The position numbers were made by a program, and so were the translations under genes. The notes beneath the pieces are model-generated. The model searched no databases and had not been told where the DNA came from. It worked only from the letters and a program-made list of their open reading frames with translations. Shown in pieces: positions 33,120 to 42,259 of a stretch of DNA of 42,511 nt. How positions within the stretch are numbered: the first letter of the stretch is position 1; the number at the start of each line of letters is the position of its first letter. The DNA lies in sequence record DRR723986_5138; one strand, written 5' to 3'.

Positions 33120-34637
33120 TCAACTCTCTGGCGCCGCGCCGCCCTGTTCGGTGCGCCGCGCTATGAAATCTTGTAGTCCCGCGACCCTATCGGGATCATG
33201 GGCAGGGGCCTCGAAATTATCCACGATGTTTCGCCAGATACCTGTCGCGCGATTGTCCGCATCTACTGCGCCGCGCTCGGTCCACGTTCCAAAGTTAGAC
33301 CAGTCCCCAACCAAGGGTTCATAGAACTGGGTCTGATAGCGTTCCATCGTGTGACCCGCGCCAAAGAAATGCCCCGACGGCGGCACCTCTCGCAACGCAT
33401 CCAGTGCGATATCAGCATCCGTAGCAGGTGTACCAGCGCATAGCTCGGCCACCATCTGCAACACTTCCAGATCTGTTATGATTTTTTCATAGGACACGGT
33501 CAGACCGCCCTCAAGCCACCCCGCGGAATGGATCACCACCGATGCCCCGGCCATCAGACACCCCCAAAGACCAAACTGGCTTTCATTGGCCGCCTGAGCA
33601 TCATTGATATTCGCCGCGCTGCCCCCGGCACAGCGCCATGGCAGGCCAAGGCGGCGCGCCAATTGCCCCGCCACCAGCGACGCGGTGAAATGTTCCGGGG
33701 TGCCAAAGGCAGGCGCGCCGGATTTCATATCAACATTGCTGGTGAAGGTGCCGTAACACGTCGGGGCCCCGGATTTGGCAAGCTGTGTCAGGGTAATCGC
33801 GGCCAACGCCTCGGCGTGGGACAAGGTCATCGCCCCGGCCACCGTAATCGGTGCCATCGCCCCCATCAACGTAAACGGTGTAATGATCGACACCTGCCCA
33901 GCGCGTGCGAAGTCGATCAATCCTTGCGCCATCGGCATGTCGATCACACGCGGAGAATTGGTGTTGATGATCGTGTAGCAATGCGGTGTAGCGTGAAATT
34001 CTTCATCCGAGATACCGCGAAAATCGCAGATCATCTCGAACCCGTCCATTACCTGCGGTGTCCCGCGCGAATAGATAAACGGCACCTTATCGCTTTGCGT
34101 CAAGATCGTCTCGGTCATCGCGTAATGACGCAGGTGCATTGGAATATCTTGAGCCTCGACCAAGGGCGGCACCATCTGCAGCACATCGAAATGCTGCGTC
34201 AACTGCACCATCTCACGAAAATCGCTGAGACTGCCGGGCCGCCTGCCCCGCTCCAAATCCGTGGCATGGGGGGCACCTGCCCCCGGCTGAAACACAAGGT
34301 TCCCCAATTCGAGTGTGATATCGCGTGCACGTACCGCACCCCGGATGGGAATGGACTTTGGGGCCGATGCGACAGCGGCTTCGACCATATCCCGCCCGAT
34401 GAACACCATCTCATCTTCGAGCCGTGCGCCACCCGCTTTGAACAAGGCGCGCGCCTCGGGCAACAGAACTTTGATGCCGATTTCTTCCAACACCGTGAGG
34501 GAAGCCTGGTGCAACGCCTCTATCCGGTCCTCGCTAAAGGCGTTCATCGGTGGAAAGGGATTGCGCAGGTTGTGATAGTCGACCTTGCGCTGCTCTGCTG
34601 GTGCGCCAGTGCGCGCACGACGTCCCCGCCTGCTCAT
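33120..34637 (-). CDS. Trimethylamine methyltransferase (MttB) family, non-pyrrolysine
   Basis: INTNSPR, PFTLMGAMAPIT, VDMKSGAPAFGTPE, HSAGWLEGGL. No in-frame amber codon. Confidence 0.92.
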   Translation of the reverse strand: MSRRGRRARTGAPAEQRKVDYHNLRNPFPPMNAFSEDRIEALHQASLTVLEEIGIKVLLPEARALFKAGGARLEDEMVFIGRDMVEAAVASAPKSIPIRGAVRARDITLELGNLVFQPGAGAPHATDLERGRRPGSLSDFREMVQLTQHFDVLQMVPPLVEAQDIPMHLRHYAMTETILTQSDKVPFIYSRGTPQVMDGFEMICDFRGISDEEFHATPHCYTIINTNSPRVIDMPMAQGLIDFARAGQVSIITPFTLMGAMAPITVAGAMTLSHAEALAAITLTQLAKSGAPTCYGTFTSNVDMKSGAPAFGTPEHFTASLVAGQLARRLGLPWRCAGGSAANINDAQAANESQFGLWGCLMAGASVVIHSAGWLEGGLTVSYEKIITDLEVLQMVAELCAGTPATDADIALDALREVPPSGHFFGAGHTMERYQTQFYEPLVGDWSNFGTWTERGAVDADNRATGIWRNIVDNFEAPAHDPDRVAGLQDFIARRTEQGGAAPES

Positions 34638-37036
34638 GTTCGCATCGCTTTCCCTTGAGGGTCGTAAGGGGATAGGGCAATAACGGTCGCCGCACGTTCA
34701 ACGCCAACCACGTGCACAGACAATTTGGTCCCCTCGCCCGCCTGATCCCGGTTCACCAAGGCCATCGCCAAAGATTTGCCAGTGCTATGGCCAAACCCGC
34801 CCGAGGTGACAAAGCCAACCTTTTCGCCGTTTGCCCATATGGGTTCATACCCGCTGGCATCGGCATCCGTTGCATCGATTTCCAGCGTGACCTGAATCTG
34901 TGCCGGACCATTGCCATCGCGTTCTGTTATCGCGGCGGCCTTTCCAACGAATTCCTTATCCCAATCGATCCACCGATCCATTCCGGTCATGCCCGGCGTA
35001 TAGCCTTGGGTGAATTCAGCGGACCAAATGCCAAACGATTTTTCCAACCGTGTCGACAGCATCGCGTTGAACCCACATTCACGGATCCCCTCACCCGCCC
35101 CGGCCTCTAACAACATGCGACGCAGGGCAATGTGATCCCCATAGCGGCAATTGATTTCATACCCTTTTTCACCGGTGACAGACATGCGGGCCACCTTGGC
35201 GCGGATTATGCCAATGTCGAAGTCCCCACACCCCATGAACTTGAGGCCCGAAATTTCCTGTTCTGCCAGCTTTTCGATCACCTCTTGTGACTTAGGTCCA
35301 ACCAGACCAAAGCCACACATTTCTTCGCCCAGATCCCGAACCGTTACACCGTCTTGCAGATGGTCGTTGAACCATCGCATGTGCCAGGCGCGCAGATAAT
35401 AGCTGCCCATGATCCACCATGATCCATCCCCCCAATTGAGAACGGTCAGATCCCCTTTGAGCTTGCCACCTTCGCTCAACATCGGGGCCAGTTTCGCACG
35501 GCCCGGCCCCGGCAGTGTGCTGGCCATAATCTGATCCAGCCACTCTTTGGCATTTTCACCGCTCACCTCGAACCGCGAAAATCCAGTGATGTCCAGCAGG
35601 CCGACACCATTACGGATCACTTGGCATTCCTCAGCCACGATATCAAAAGCATTAGAGCGTTTGAGAGTGGGTGTCTCTTCAAAGCCTTGCGGAGCAAAAT
35701 ACAATGGCACCTCGAGATCCCAACTGCTGCCCCATTTACACCCGGCGGCCGTCATCGCGTCATGCGCCGGTGCCATCTTCAGCGGGCGCCCTGCTGGCAA
35801 TTGTTCGTTGGGATAAGTCATGACAAATCGACGTGAATAAAACTGACCCGTCGTTTCGCGGATATAGCGTTTGTTCTGCGCAAAATCGCCATAACGCGCA
35901 ACATCCATGCCATAGACATCGGCCTCTGGCTCACCATGGATCATCCATTCAGCAAGCGACTTACCAACACCGCCGCCCTGCAAAAATCCGGCCATCACCG
36001 CGCAGGCGGTCCAATACCCGCGCTTGCCGGGTACAGGCCCCACCAGCGGGTTGCCATCGGGCGAGAATGTGAACGCCCCGTTGACCCATGTTTTCACGCC
36101 CACGTTTTGCAAATCTGGATAGCGTTCGAACCCAAGCGTGAGCTCTTTTTCGATCCGATCTGTGTCTTCCTGAAACAACTCCATTCCGTAATTCCAAGGA
36201 GCACCATCCATGGCCCAATGTTCATGATCGACCTCGTAAATTCCCAGCAACAACCCCTTTTGATCCTGCCGCATGTAGGTGAACCCTTCGAGGTCCACGG
36301 TCATGGGCACTTCGAAATCCAATTGTTCAAGCGCGGGGATCGTATCCGAAACCAAATAGTGATGTTTGAGCGGTGAAACCGGCAATTCAACCCCGGCCAT
36401 GCGCCCCAGTTGCTTTGCCCAAAGCCCGCCAGCGTTGACCACGTGTTCGCAGGTGACCGTGCCTTTTTCAGTTACGACCTGCCAGCCATCCGCTGTCTGA
36501 TGCAGTTCCAGAACCTGATTGTGCTCGACCACCGTCGCGCCATGTTTTTTGGCAGCACCCGCATAGGCGTGAACGGTTCCGGTGGTGTCGACATAGCCTT
36601 CGCGATCGGCCCACATCCCCCCCAACATACCCTTGGTCGACATGATTGGGTTCAGTTCTCCGGCCTCTTCTGGGGTGACCAGTCGGCAGTCTTCGATTCC
36701 GATAGATTGGAACACCCGGTACGCCGATTGCAGCCATTCCCATCGATCTGGGGTGCCGGCCATCGTCAGGCCACCGGTCATATGCAGACCAATGTTCTGG
36801 CCGCTTTCCTTTTCAATCTCAGGCAACAGGTCAATTGTATAGGCCTGAAGCGCCGCAATATTAGGATCGGCGTTCAACGCATGAATGCCACCCGCAGCAT
36901 GCCAGCTGGACCCGGCGATCAGCACGGACCGCTCGATCAGGCACACATCTTTCCAGCCCATTTTGGCCAAATGATACAACACCGAAGCGCCAACTACGCC
37001 CCCACCGATAACCACAACACGATAATGAGAATTCAT
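34634..37036 (-). CDS. Dimethylglycine/sarcosine dehydrogenase-like flavoprotein with GcvT (folate-binding) domain
   Basis: GGGVVG, GSSWHAAG (flavinylation His), FSPDGNPLVG, GEKGYEI, RLEK, GFVTSGG. Confidence 0.92.
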   Translation of the reverse strand: MNSHYRVVVIGGGVVGASVLYHLAKMGWKDVCLIERSVLIAGSSWHAAGGIHALNADPNIAALQAYTIDLLPEIEKESGQNIGLHMTGGLTMAGTPDRWEWLQSAYRVFQSIGIEDCRLVTPEEAGELNPIMSTKGMLGGMWADREGYVDTTGTVHAYAGAAKKHGATVVEHNQVLELHQTADGWQVVTEKGTVTCEHVVNAGGLWAKQLGRMAGVELPVSPLKHHYLVSDTIPALEQLDFEVPMTVDLEGFTYMRQDQKGLLLGIYEVDHEHWAMDGAPWNYGMELFQEDTDRIEKELTLGFERYPDLQNVGVKTWVNGAFTFSPDGNPLVGPVPGKRGYWTACAVMAGFLQGGGVGKSLAEWMIHGEPEADVYGMDVARYGDFAQNKRYIRETTGQFYSRRFVMTYPNEQLPAGRPLKMAPAHDAMTAAGCKWGSSWDLEVPLYFAPQGFEETPTLKRSNAFDIVAEECQVIRNGVGLLDITGFSRFEVSGENAKEWLDQIMASTLPGPGRAKLAPMLSEGGKLKGDLTVLNWGDGSWWIMGSYYLRAWHMRWFNDHLQDGVTVRDLGEEMCGFGLVGPKSQEVIEKLAEQEISGLKFMGCGDFDIGIIRAKVARMSVTGEKGYEINCRYGDHIALRRMLLEAGAGEGIRECGFNAMLSTRLEKSFGIWSAEFTQGYTPGMTGMDRWIDWDKEFVGKAAAITERDGNGPAQIQVTLEIDATDADASGYEPIWANGEKVGFVTSGGFGHSTGKSLAMALVNRDQAGEGTKLSVHVVGVERAATVIALSPYDPQGKAMRT

Positions 37037-37077
37037 CCGACCCTCCCTGGGACATGCTTTCTGGCACGCTATGCCGA

Positions 37078-37110
37078 CTGTTCACATCTGTCTAGACATT
37101 TCTGTACATT
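37078..37110. promoter_or_regulatory. Candidate TetR operator upstream of the DMGDH-MttB-TetR operon
   Basis: Perfect palindrome TGTCTAGACA (37089-37098) within repeated TGT/ACA half-sites, about 50-60 bp upstream of the start. Confidence 0.4.
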
Positions 37111-37197
37111 GCTTATTCCCCTCTTAATTGCCCCGACGCGGTGACCTTGGTACACTTGCAGCCACGCCTCACTGGATTAACGATTTAGGAGGGACCG

Positions 37198-37803
37198 ATG
37201 GCTTCGCGTTTTCTATGGGCATCAGCAATGTACGGCTGCTTAACTGGATGTTTTGGCGTCGAAAAATACGGCACCGCCGATTTCTATGACCATGAGATGG
37301 ATAACAAAGACAAACTTACGATAACTATGCCGCCAAACGCGCCCTACATCTCGGAACAGTTCCGCTCGGACGAAGATAAGGTGCATCAGGGCATCGATAT
37401 CTGGGGAAGACGTGGCACCCCGATTCTGGCGTCCGCCCCGGGGCGTGTTATCAAAAGCTTCTCTGAACCAGTCTATGGCAACCGGATAGTCATCGACCAT
37501 GGTCGGTCCCCCAATGGCGATGATTTGCACACAGTGCACAAACATCTGGACAAGCGGATGGTCAACGTTGGTGACGTCGTCCAGCGAGGTCAGCAGATCG
37601 GCACCATGGGAGATACCGGCGCTTTGGGAGTTCTGGTGCACCTGCATTTTGAGACGATGCGCCTGTCTACAACCAAAGGCGAGGTCTATTACGACCCGCA
37701 TCTGGTTTGGATGGACGGTGTTGGCCGCGTCACCTGCTTTGACAAGAACAAGCGCTATCCAGACACGCCATTTCGCACGACGTATCCGGTGGTTTGCAAG
37801 TAG
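37198..37803 (+). CDS. M23 family metallopeptidase, predicted lipoprotein
   Basis: Lipobox-like LTGC, HQGID and HLHF Zn ligands, YGNRIVIDH, GDVVQRGQQIG. RBS AGGAGG. Confidence 0.85.
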   Translation: MASRFLWASAMYGCLTGCFGVEKYGTADFYDHEMDNKDKLTITMPPNAPYISEQFRSDEDKVHQGIDIWGRRGTPILASAPGRVIKSFSEPVYGNRIVIDHGRSPNGDDLHTVHKHLDKRMVNVGDVVQRGQQIGTMGDTGALGVLVHLHFETMRLSTTKGEVYYDPHLVWMDGVGRVTCFDKNKRYPDTPFRTTYPVVCK

Positions 37804-37806
37804 CGG

Positions 37807-38436
37807 TTACAACTGAGCGCTCGGGCGCGCTTGAATGCCATCATACCAAGCTTGTGTTGCGCTATGCCGCTCGGGAATACGCATTTTGATCACGCGGGCA
37901 AAATCTACGAAAACAAAGGTTGAAATATCCGCCAACGTGAAATGATCGCAGGCGACAAAGGCGCTGTCCTGCAGACGCTCTTCGAGCAGGTCAAAGAACT
38001 TGCGCGCACGATCCATCCCCCGCTTGGCCAGTTCCGGCAATTGCACATAGTTAGCAGGCCCCGGAATGGCGCGATCCTTAAAGAACGGGCTCGAATTGCG
38101 CAAAGCCTCAGCGACCGGCGCGCCCCCTTGCTGTTCAGCGATCGAATTCCACATCAACACCAGCCCTTTTTCATCAGCAGTGCGTCCCATCAGTGGCGGC
38201 TCCGGGAACTGCGCTTCGAGATAGGCAGCAATGCCAAGGTTTTCCGTCAGAACTGTTCCTTCGTCCGTCACCAGAACCGGCACGGTTGCACGCGGGTTCA
38301 CCGCCTTGAACGCTGAATCCAGCTGCTCTCCTTTTGCGATCGAGACATCTTTGGTTTCAATCTCGATCCCTTTTTCTGCAATGAACATCCGGGCGCGTCG
38401 CGGATTGGGGGCGGTAGAACAGTCATAAAACAGCAT
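37807..38436 (-). CDS. Glutathione S-transferase family protein
   Basis: APNPRRARMF, NPRATVPVL, FTLADI. Confidence 0.9.
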   Translation of the reverse strand: MLFYDCSTAPNPRRARMFIAEKGIEIETKDVSIAKGEQLDSAFKAVNPRATVPVLVTDEGTVLTENLGIAAYLEAQFPEPPLMGRTADEKGLVLMWNSIAEQQGGAPVAEALRNSSPFFKDRAIPGPANYVQLPELAKRGMDRARKFFDLLEERLQDSAFVACDHFTLADISTFVFVDFARVIKMRIPERHSATQAWYDGIQARPSAQL

Positions 38437-38527
38437 ACTTATCTCTCTTACGTTTCAATAGAGACAGGATAGACAGCACAATGCCCGTGTCACCAGCCCT
38501 GCAATTTGTGACCCTGCGGCAGACAGG

Positions 38528-39682
38528 TCAGACCAAAGCTGCGCACAGCGCGCGTGCAATCACCCGCTCTTCGTCCGTGGGGATCACCAGAACGGGCGTA
38601 TCGCCCTGACTGATAACGGTCGAGTTGCTGTCGTTGGCCTCAGCATTCAGCGCGAGCCCCAAAAACCCCATCTCTTCTAAAACCTGTGCCCGGATCGGGG
38701 CCGCGTGTTCACCAATGCCGCCGCAAAACACCAAGGTATCCAATCCCCCCATGATCGCGGCCATCGCGCCCAGCTCTCGCCGGATACGGAAGACATAGTA
38801 ATCAATCGCTTCTTTGGCACGCGGGTCGTCGCTGGCAAGCAGGGTCCGCATATCGTGGCTGATCTCAGACAGGCCCAGCAATCCGCTTTTCTTGTACAGA
38901 ATGTGGGTGATCGCCTCGACCCCGTGCCCCTGCTCCATCAGATAAAGCAAAACCCCCGGATCCAACTGACCACAACGGGTGCCCATCGGCAAACCATCAA
39001 GGGCAGAAAAGCCCATGGTCGACCCGATGCTTTGGCCATCTTTCACGGCACACATCGACGCCCCATTGCCAAGATGCGCAATCACAACCCGACCTTTGGC
39101 AAGCTCCGGATAATCATCCTGCAGCTTGCCCGTGACATAGTCATAAGACAAACCGTGGAACCCGTAACGGCGCACGCCTTTTTCATAAAATCGCCGCGGC
39201 AGGGCAAAAGCGTCGTTTACAAATGGATGCCCCTGATGGAACGACGTATCAAAGCACCCGATTTGCAGCGCCTTTGGAAAGGCGTCTTGCGCCGCGCGCA
39301 CTGCAGCGATGTTGTGGGGTTGATGCAAGGGGGCAAGCGGAACAAAGGCCTCGAGCTGGCTCAACACATCTTCGGTTAACTCAACCGGACCAACAAAGGT
39401 TTTGCCGCCGTGCACGATGCGATGCCCAACACCCGTAACCGGGCGCCCACCGAGTACCGGTATAATCGCGTTCAGGATCGCACGGACCCCAGCGGCATGA
39501 TCCGCCGGACCAATTTCGATCACCTGCTTTGCCGTGTTGTCCGTCGCGTCCAATATCAACCGCGCCACTGGGCCCAGATTTTCCACCTGCCCCAGTTGCA
39601 AAAGCTCTGGCTCTGGCGCGGCCAGATACACCCCAAATTTAATCGATGAACTGCCTGCGTTCAGCGTAAGAATTCCGCCCAT
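38528..39682 (-). CDS. ackA: Acetate/propionate kinase
   Basis: LNAGSSSIKF, GHRIVHGG, APLHQP, YGFHGLSY, HLGNGAS, GGIGE, PTDEE. RBS GAGG before ATG 39682. Confidence 0.92.
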   Translation of the reverse strand: MGGILTLNAGSSSIKFGVYLAAPEPELLQLGQVENLGPVARLILDATDNTAKQVIEIGPADHAAGVRAILNAIIPVLGGRPVTGVGHRIVHGGKTFVGPVELTEDVLSQLEAFVPLAPLHQPHNIAAVRAAQDAFPKALQIGCFDTSFHQGHPFVNDAFALPRRFYEKGVRRYGFHGLSYDYVTGKLQDDYPELAKGRVVIAHLGNGASMCAVKDGQSIGSTMGFSALDGLPMGTRCGQLDPGVLLYLMEQGHGVEAITHILYKKSGLLGLSEISHDMRTLLASDDPRAKEAIDYYVFRIRRELGAMAAIMGGLDTLVFCGGIGEHAAPIRAQVLEEMGFLGLALNAEANDSNSTVISQGDTPVLVIPTDEERVIARALCAALV

Positions 39683-39760
39683 ACTGCACCTCTTTTGCAT
39701 GCCTAATTGATACTTAGGCCCCGCGACAGGAGTATTACATTGGCGCGAGTGCCGCAGGCT

Positions 39761-40258
39761 TTAGCGTTGGTAGATAAAGCAACGCCCTTCGACCACGCCC
39801 TCGGGCAGGGGCAATTCGGTCAGGGTTTCGAAATACATCCGGTCACTAGACACCATCAGCCCCCCTTTGGCCAAAAGCGGTTCGATCAGCGGAGACACGA
39901 AACGGGCAAAAACATCATTCTTTTCGCGATTATGGCCACCCAGATCCGCATGGATCAAGCTGGCCGTTGGGCCAAAGCGTTCCACCGACGCAGGCAGTGT
40001 TTCACGCACATCGCCCAAAATCAGCATTTCATCGGCGGGCGTCGAATCAGGATGCGAGGCCACAGCGCGTTCAAACACAAAAATATCGCGCCCAGAAATG
40101 CGTTGGCGCATGTGGTGATACGTGCGCCCATTCCCCAATCCCAGTTCGAAAACAGGCCCTGTCATGTCAGCCGTTTGCGCAATGGCGAAATCCAGACTGG
40201 CGCGCTGAGACACCATGCGATCAATGAACAGATCTAGTCGGCTGATGTCTTGGCTCAT
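39761..40258 (-). CDS. Small class I SAM-dependent methyltransferase-like protein (Methyltransf_17-like)
   Basis: SRLD.FI.RM..QR, VFELGLGNGRTYHH, HADLG. RBS AGGAG before ATG 40258. Confidence 0.8.
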   Translation of the reverse strand: MSQDISRLDLFIDRMVSQRASLDFAIAQTADMTGPVFELGLGNGRTYHHMRQRISGRDIFVFERAVASHPDSTPADEMLILGDVRETLPASVERFGPTASLIHADLGGHNREKNDVFARFVSPLIEPLLAKGGLMVSSDRMYFETLTELPLPEGVVEGRCFIYQR

Positions 40259-40486
40259 GGCAAACTCTCCTTTGCGGCAACGACCGGGATGGCCGCGAAT
40301 ATGCCTGTCATGCCAAATCCGAGTGCGGTTGTGTAGCCACAGTTGTCGTAATTCTCCCTGTTTCGTGACGTTTAGTCCCAAAATCGTGTTTGACGAGTCG
40401 GGTCCGTCCAAGCGATGGTGACTTACAAAGATTAGGGGGTATTAAAATATAATGTCGCGTTTTGGCCAATCGGGTGGATCACCTGA

Positions 40487-42259
40487 ATGACCCCTTTGTT
40501 GTCTGTCGAAAATCTGAGCATTGGGTTTGGGGATGCCGAGCCGGTCGTCCAGAACGTAAATTTCGAGGTAGCCCCCGGTGAAACGCTCGCGTTGGTGGGC
40601 GAATCCGGATCAGGAAAAACCGTGACCTGTCGCGCGGTTTTACGCATCCTGCCGCGCATCGCGCGCCTTGCCAGTGGGCGGATCACCCTGAATGGGGGCG
40701 AAACGCCTTTAACCCTGTCAGAACTCAGCGAACGCAAAATGCGTGATATTCGCGGCGATCGGGTTTCGATGATCTTTCAGGAACCCATGCGGTCGCTTTC
40801 CCCGTTGCACAAAATTGGCAATCAGGTCAGCGAAGTCTTATGGCTTCACCGCGGGATGTCCGAAAAAGAAGCCAAACGCGAAGTTCTGCAAACGTTTGAT
40901 CGCGTTGGGTTTCCAGACCCTGAACGCGCCTATGGCTCTTATCCCTTTGAACTGTCAGGCGGAATGCGCCAGCGCGCCATGATCGCCATGGCGATGGTCT
41001 CTAAGCCTGACCTGCTGATAGCTGACGAACCGACCACCGCATTGGATGTCACCACACAGGCCCAGGTGTTGGGGCTGATCAAAGAGTTGCAACAGGAAAT
41101 CGGCATGGCGCTGATCTTGGTGACGCATGATCTGGGCGTTGTGGCGAATATGGCCGAAAAGGTCGTGGTGATGCACAAGGGGCGCGTGATGGAAAGCGGA
41201 TCTGCCGCTGCTGTGCTGCGCGCGCCTGCTCATCCTTACACTCAACAACTGTTTGATGCCGCCCCTACGATCCCTGATCGGGCGGCTGTCGGCCTTCCGA
41301 TGCCGGACGATGATCTGATCCTCGAGATGAAGAACGTCTCAAAAACCTATACCATGCGCGCGGGGTCGGCTTGGAAGCCAGAGGTCAAGATTCACGCCTG
41401 CCGTGGTGTTGATTTTCAATTGGCGCGCGGGAAAACACTCGCGATTGTAGGTGAAAGCGGCTCGGGCAAAACCACCGCAGCCCGGATCGCCCTTGGCGCT
41501 GAATTGCCAGATCCCGGCGGCGAGGTGTTGTTCCGGCCCTCAGGGGATCAAGAACAGATTGCTGTGCACCAAATGTCGCGCGCCGCGCGCACCGCGTTTC
41601 AGCGCGAGGCACAGATGGTGTTTCAGGATCCCTACAGCTCGCTCAGTCCCCGCATGCGGGTTTTGGATGCGATGACCGAGCCACTTGAGATTCACAAGAT
41701 CGGATCAACGTCGGAACAGCGCGACAAAGCGGCTGAAATGTTGAACCGGGTTGGACTAAACCCGGACATGCTGAAGCGCTTTCCGCACGCCTTTTCCGGC
41801 GGGCAACGCCAGCGCCTATCGATTGCGCGAGCCATGATGCTCGACCCGTCATTGTTGGTCTGTGATGAACCGACATCAGCGCTGGACGTATCTGTCCAAG
41901 AACAAATTTTGACCCTGCTTGAAGAGATTCAAGATCGCCTGAACCTCAGCTACTTGTTCATCTCTCACGATTTGGCCGTGGTCGCTCGGATCGCTGATGA
42001 GGTCGCAGTCATGCGGCAAGGTCTGGTAATCGAACAGGCCCCGCCCGAAACGCTGTTTTACAACCCCCAACATCCCTACACCAAAGCGCTGATCGCGGCA
42101 CAGCCGGAACCGGATATAGACCGTCCCATCGACCTTAAACTGGTTGCTCAAGGGGCCGGCTCTCCGGATAATTGGAGCGAAGCCTTTCGCTTCTCTGAGA
42201 CCGTGATACCCTCGCTTATCGAATTGGAACCCGGTCATAAGGTGCGTCGCCATGTTTGA
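40487..42259 (+). CDS. Peptide/nickel-type ABC importer ATP-binding protein with two NBDs
   Basis: Two GESGSGKT Walker A motifs, LSGGMRQR and FSGGQRQR signatures, two DEPT and two HPYT motifs. Confidence 0.95.
   Translation: MTPLLSVENLSIGFGDAEPVVQNVNFEVAPGETLALVGESGSGKTVTCRAVLRILPRIARLASGRITLNGGETPLTLSELSERKMRDIRGDRVSMIFQEPMRSLSPLHKIGNQVSEVLWLHRGMSEKEAKREVLQTFDRVGFPDPERAYGSYPFELSGGMRQRAMIAMAMVSKPDLLIADEPTTALDVTTQAQVLGLIKELQQEIGMALILVTHDLGVVANMAEKVVVMHKGRVMESGSAAAVLRAPAHPYTQQLFDAAPTIPDRAAVGLPMPDDDLILEMKNVSKTYTMRAGSAWKPEVKIHACRGVDFQLARGKTLAIVGESGSGKTTAARIALGAELPDPGGEVLFRPSGDQEQIAVHQMSRAARTAFQREAQMVFQDPYSSLSPRMRVLDAMTEPLEIHKIGSTSEQRDKAAEMLNRVGLNPDMLKRFPHAFSGGQRQRLSIARAMMLDPSLLVCDEPTSALDVSVQEQILTLLEEIQDRLNLSYLFISHDLAVVARIADEVAVMRQGLVIEQAPPETLFYNPQHPYTKALIAAQPEPDIDRPIDLKLVAQGAGSPDNWSEAFRFSETVIPSLIELEPGHKVRRHV

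Noticed and set aside
33528-34658. 376-aa plus-strand ORF
   Set aside because: Antisense shadow of the well-supported MttB gene; Arg/His-rich, no motifs.
37062-37076. Sigma-54 promoter (TGGCACG...TGC)
   Set aside because: GG to GC spacing is 8 nt rather than the required 10; more likely a small GGCA/TGCC hairpin.
36410-37144. 244-aa plus-strand ORF
   Set aside because: Antisense to the DMGDH-like gene.
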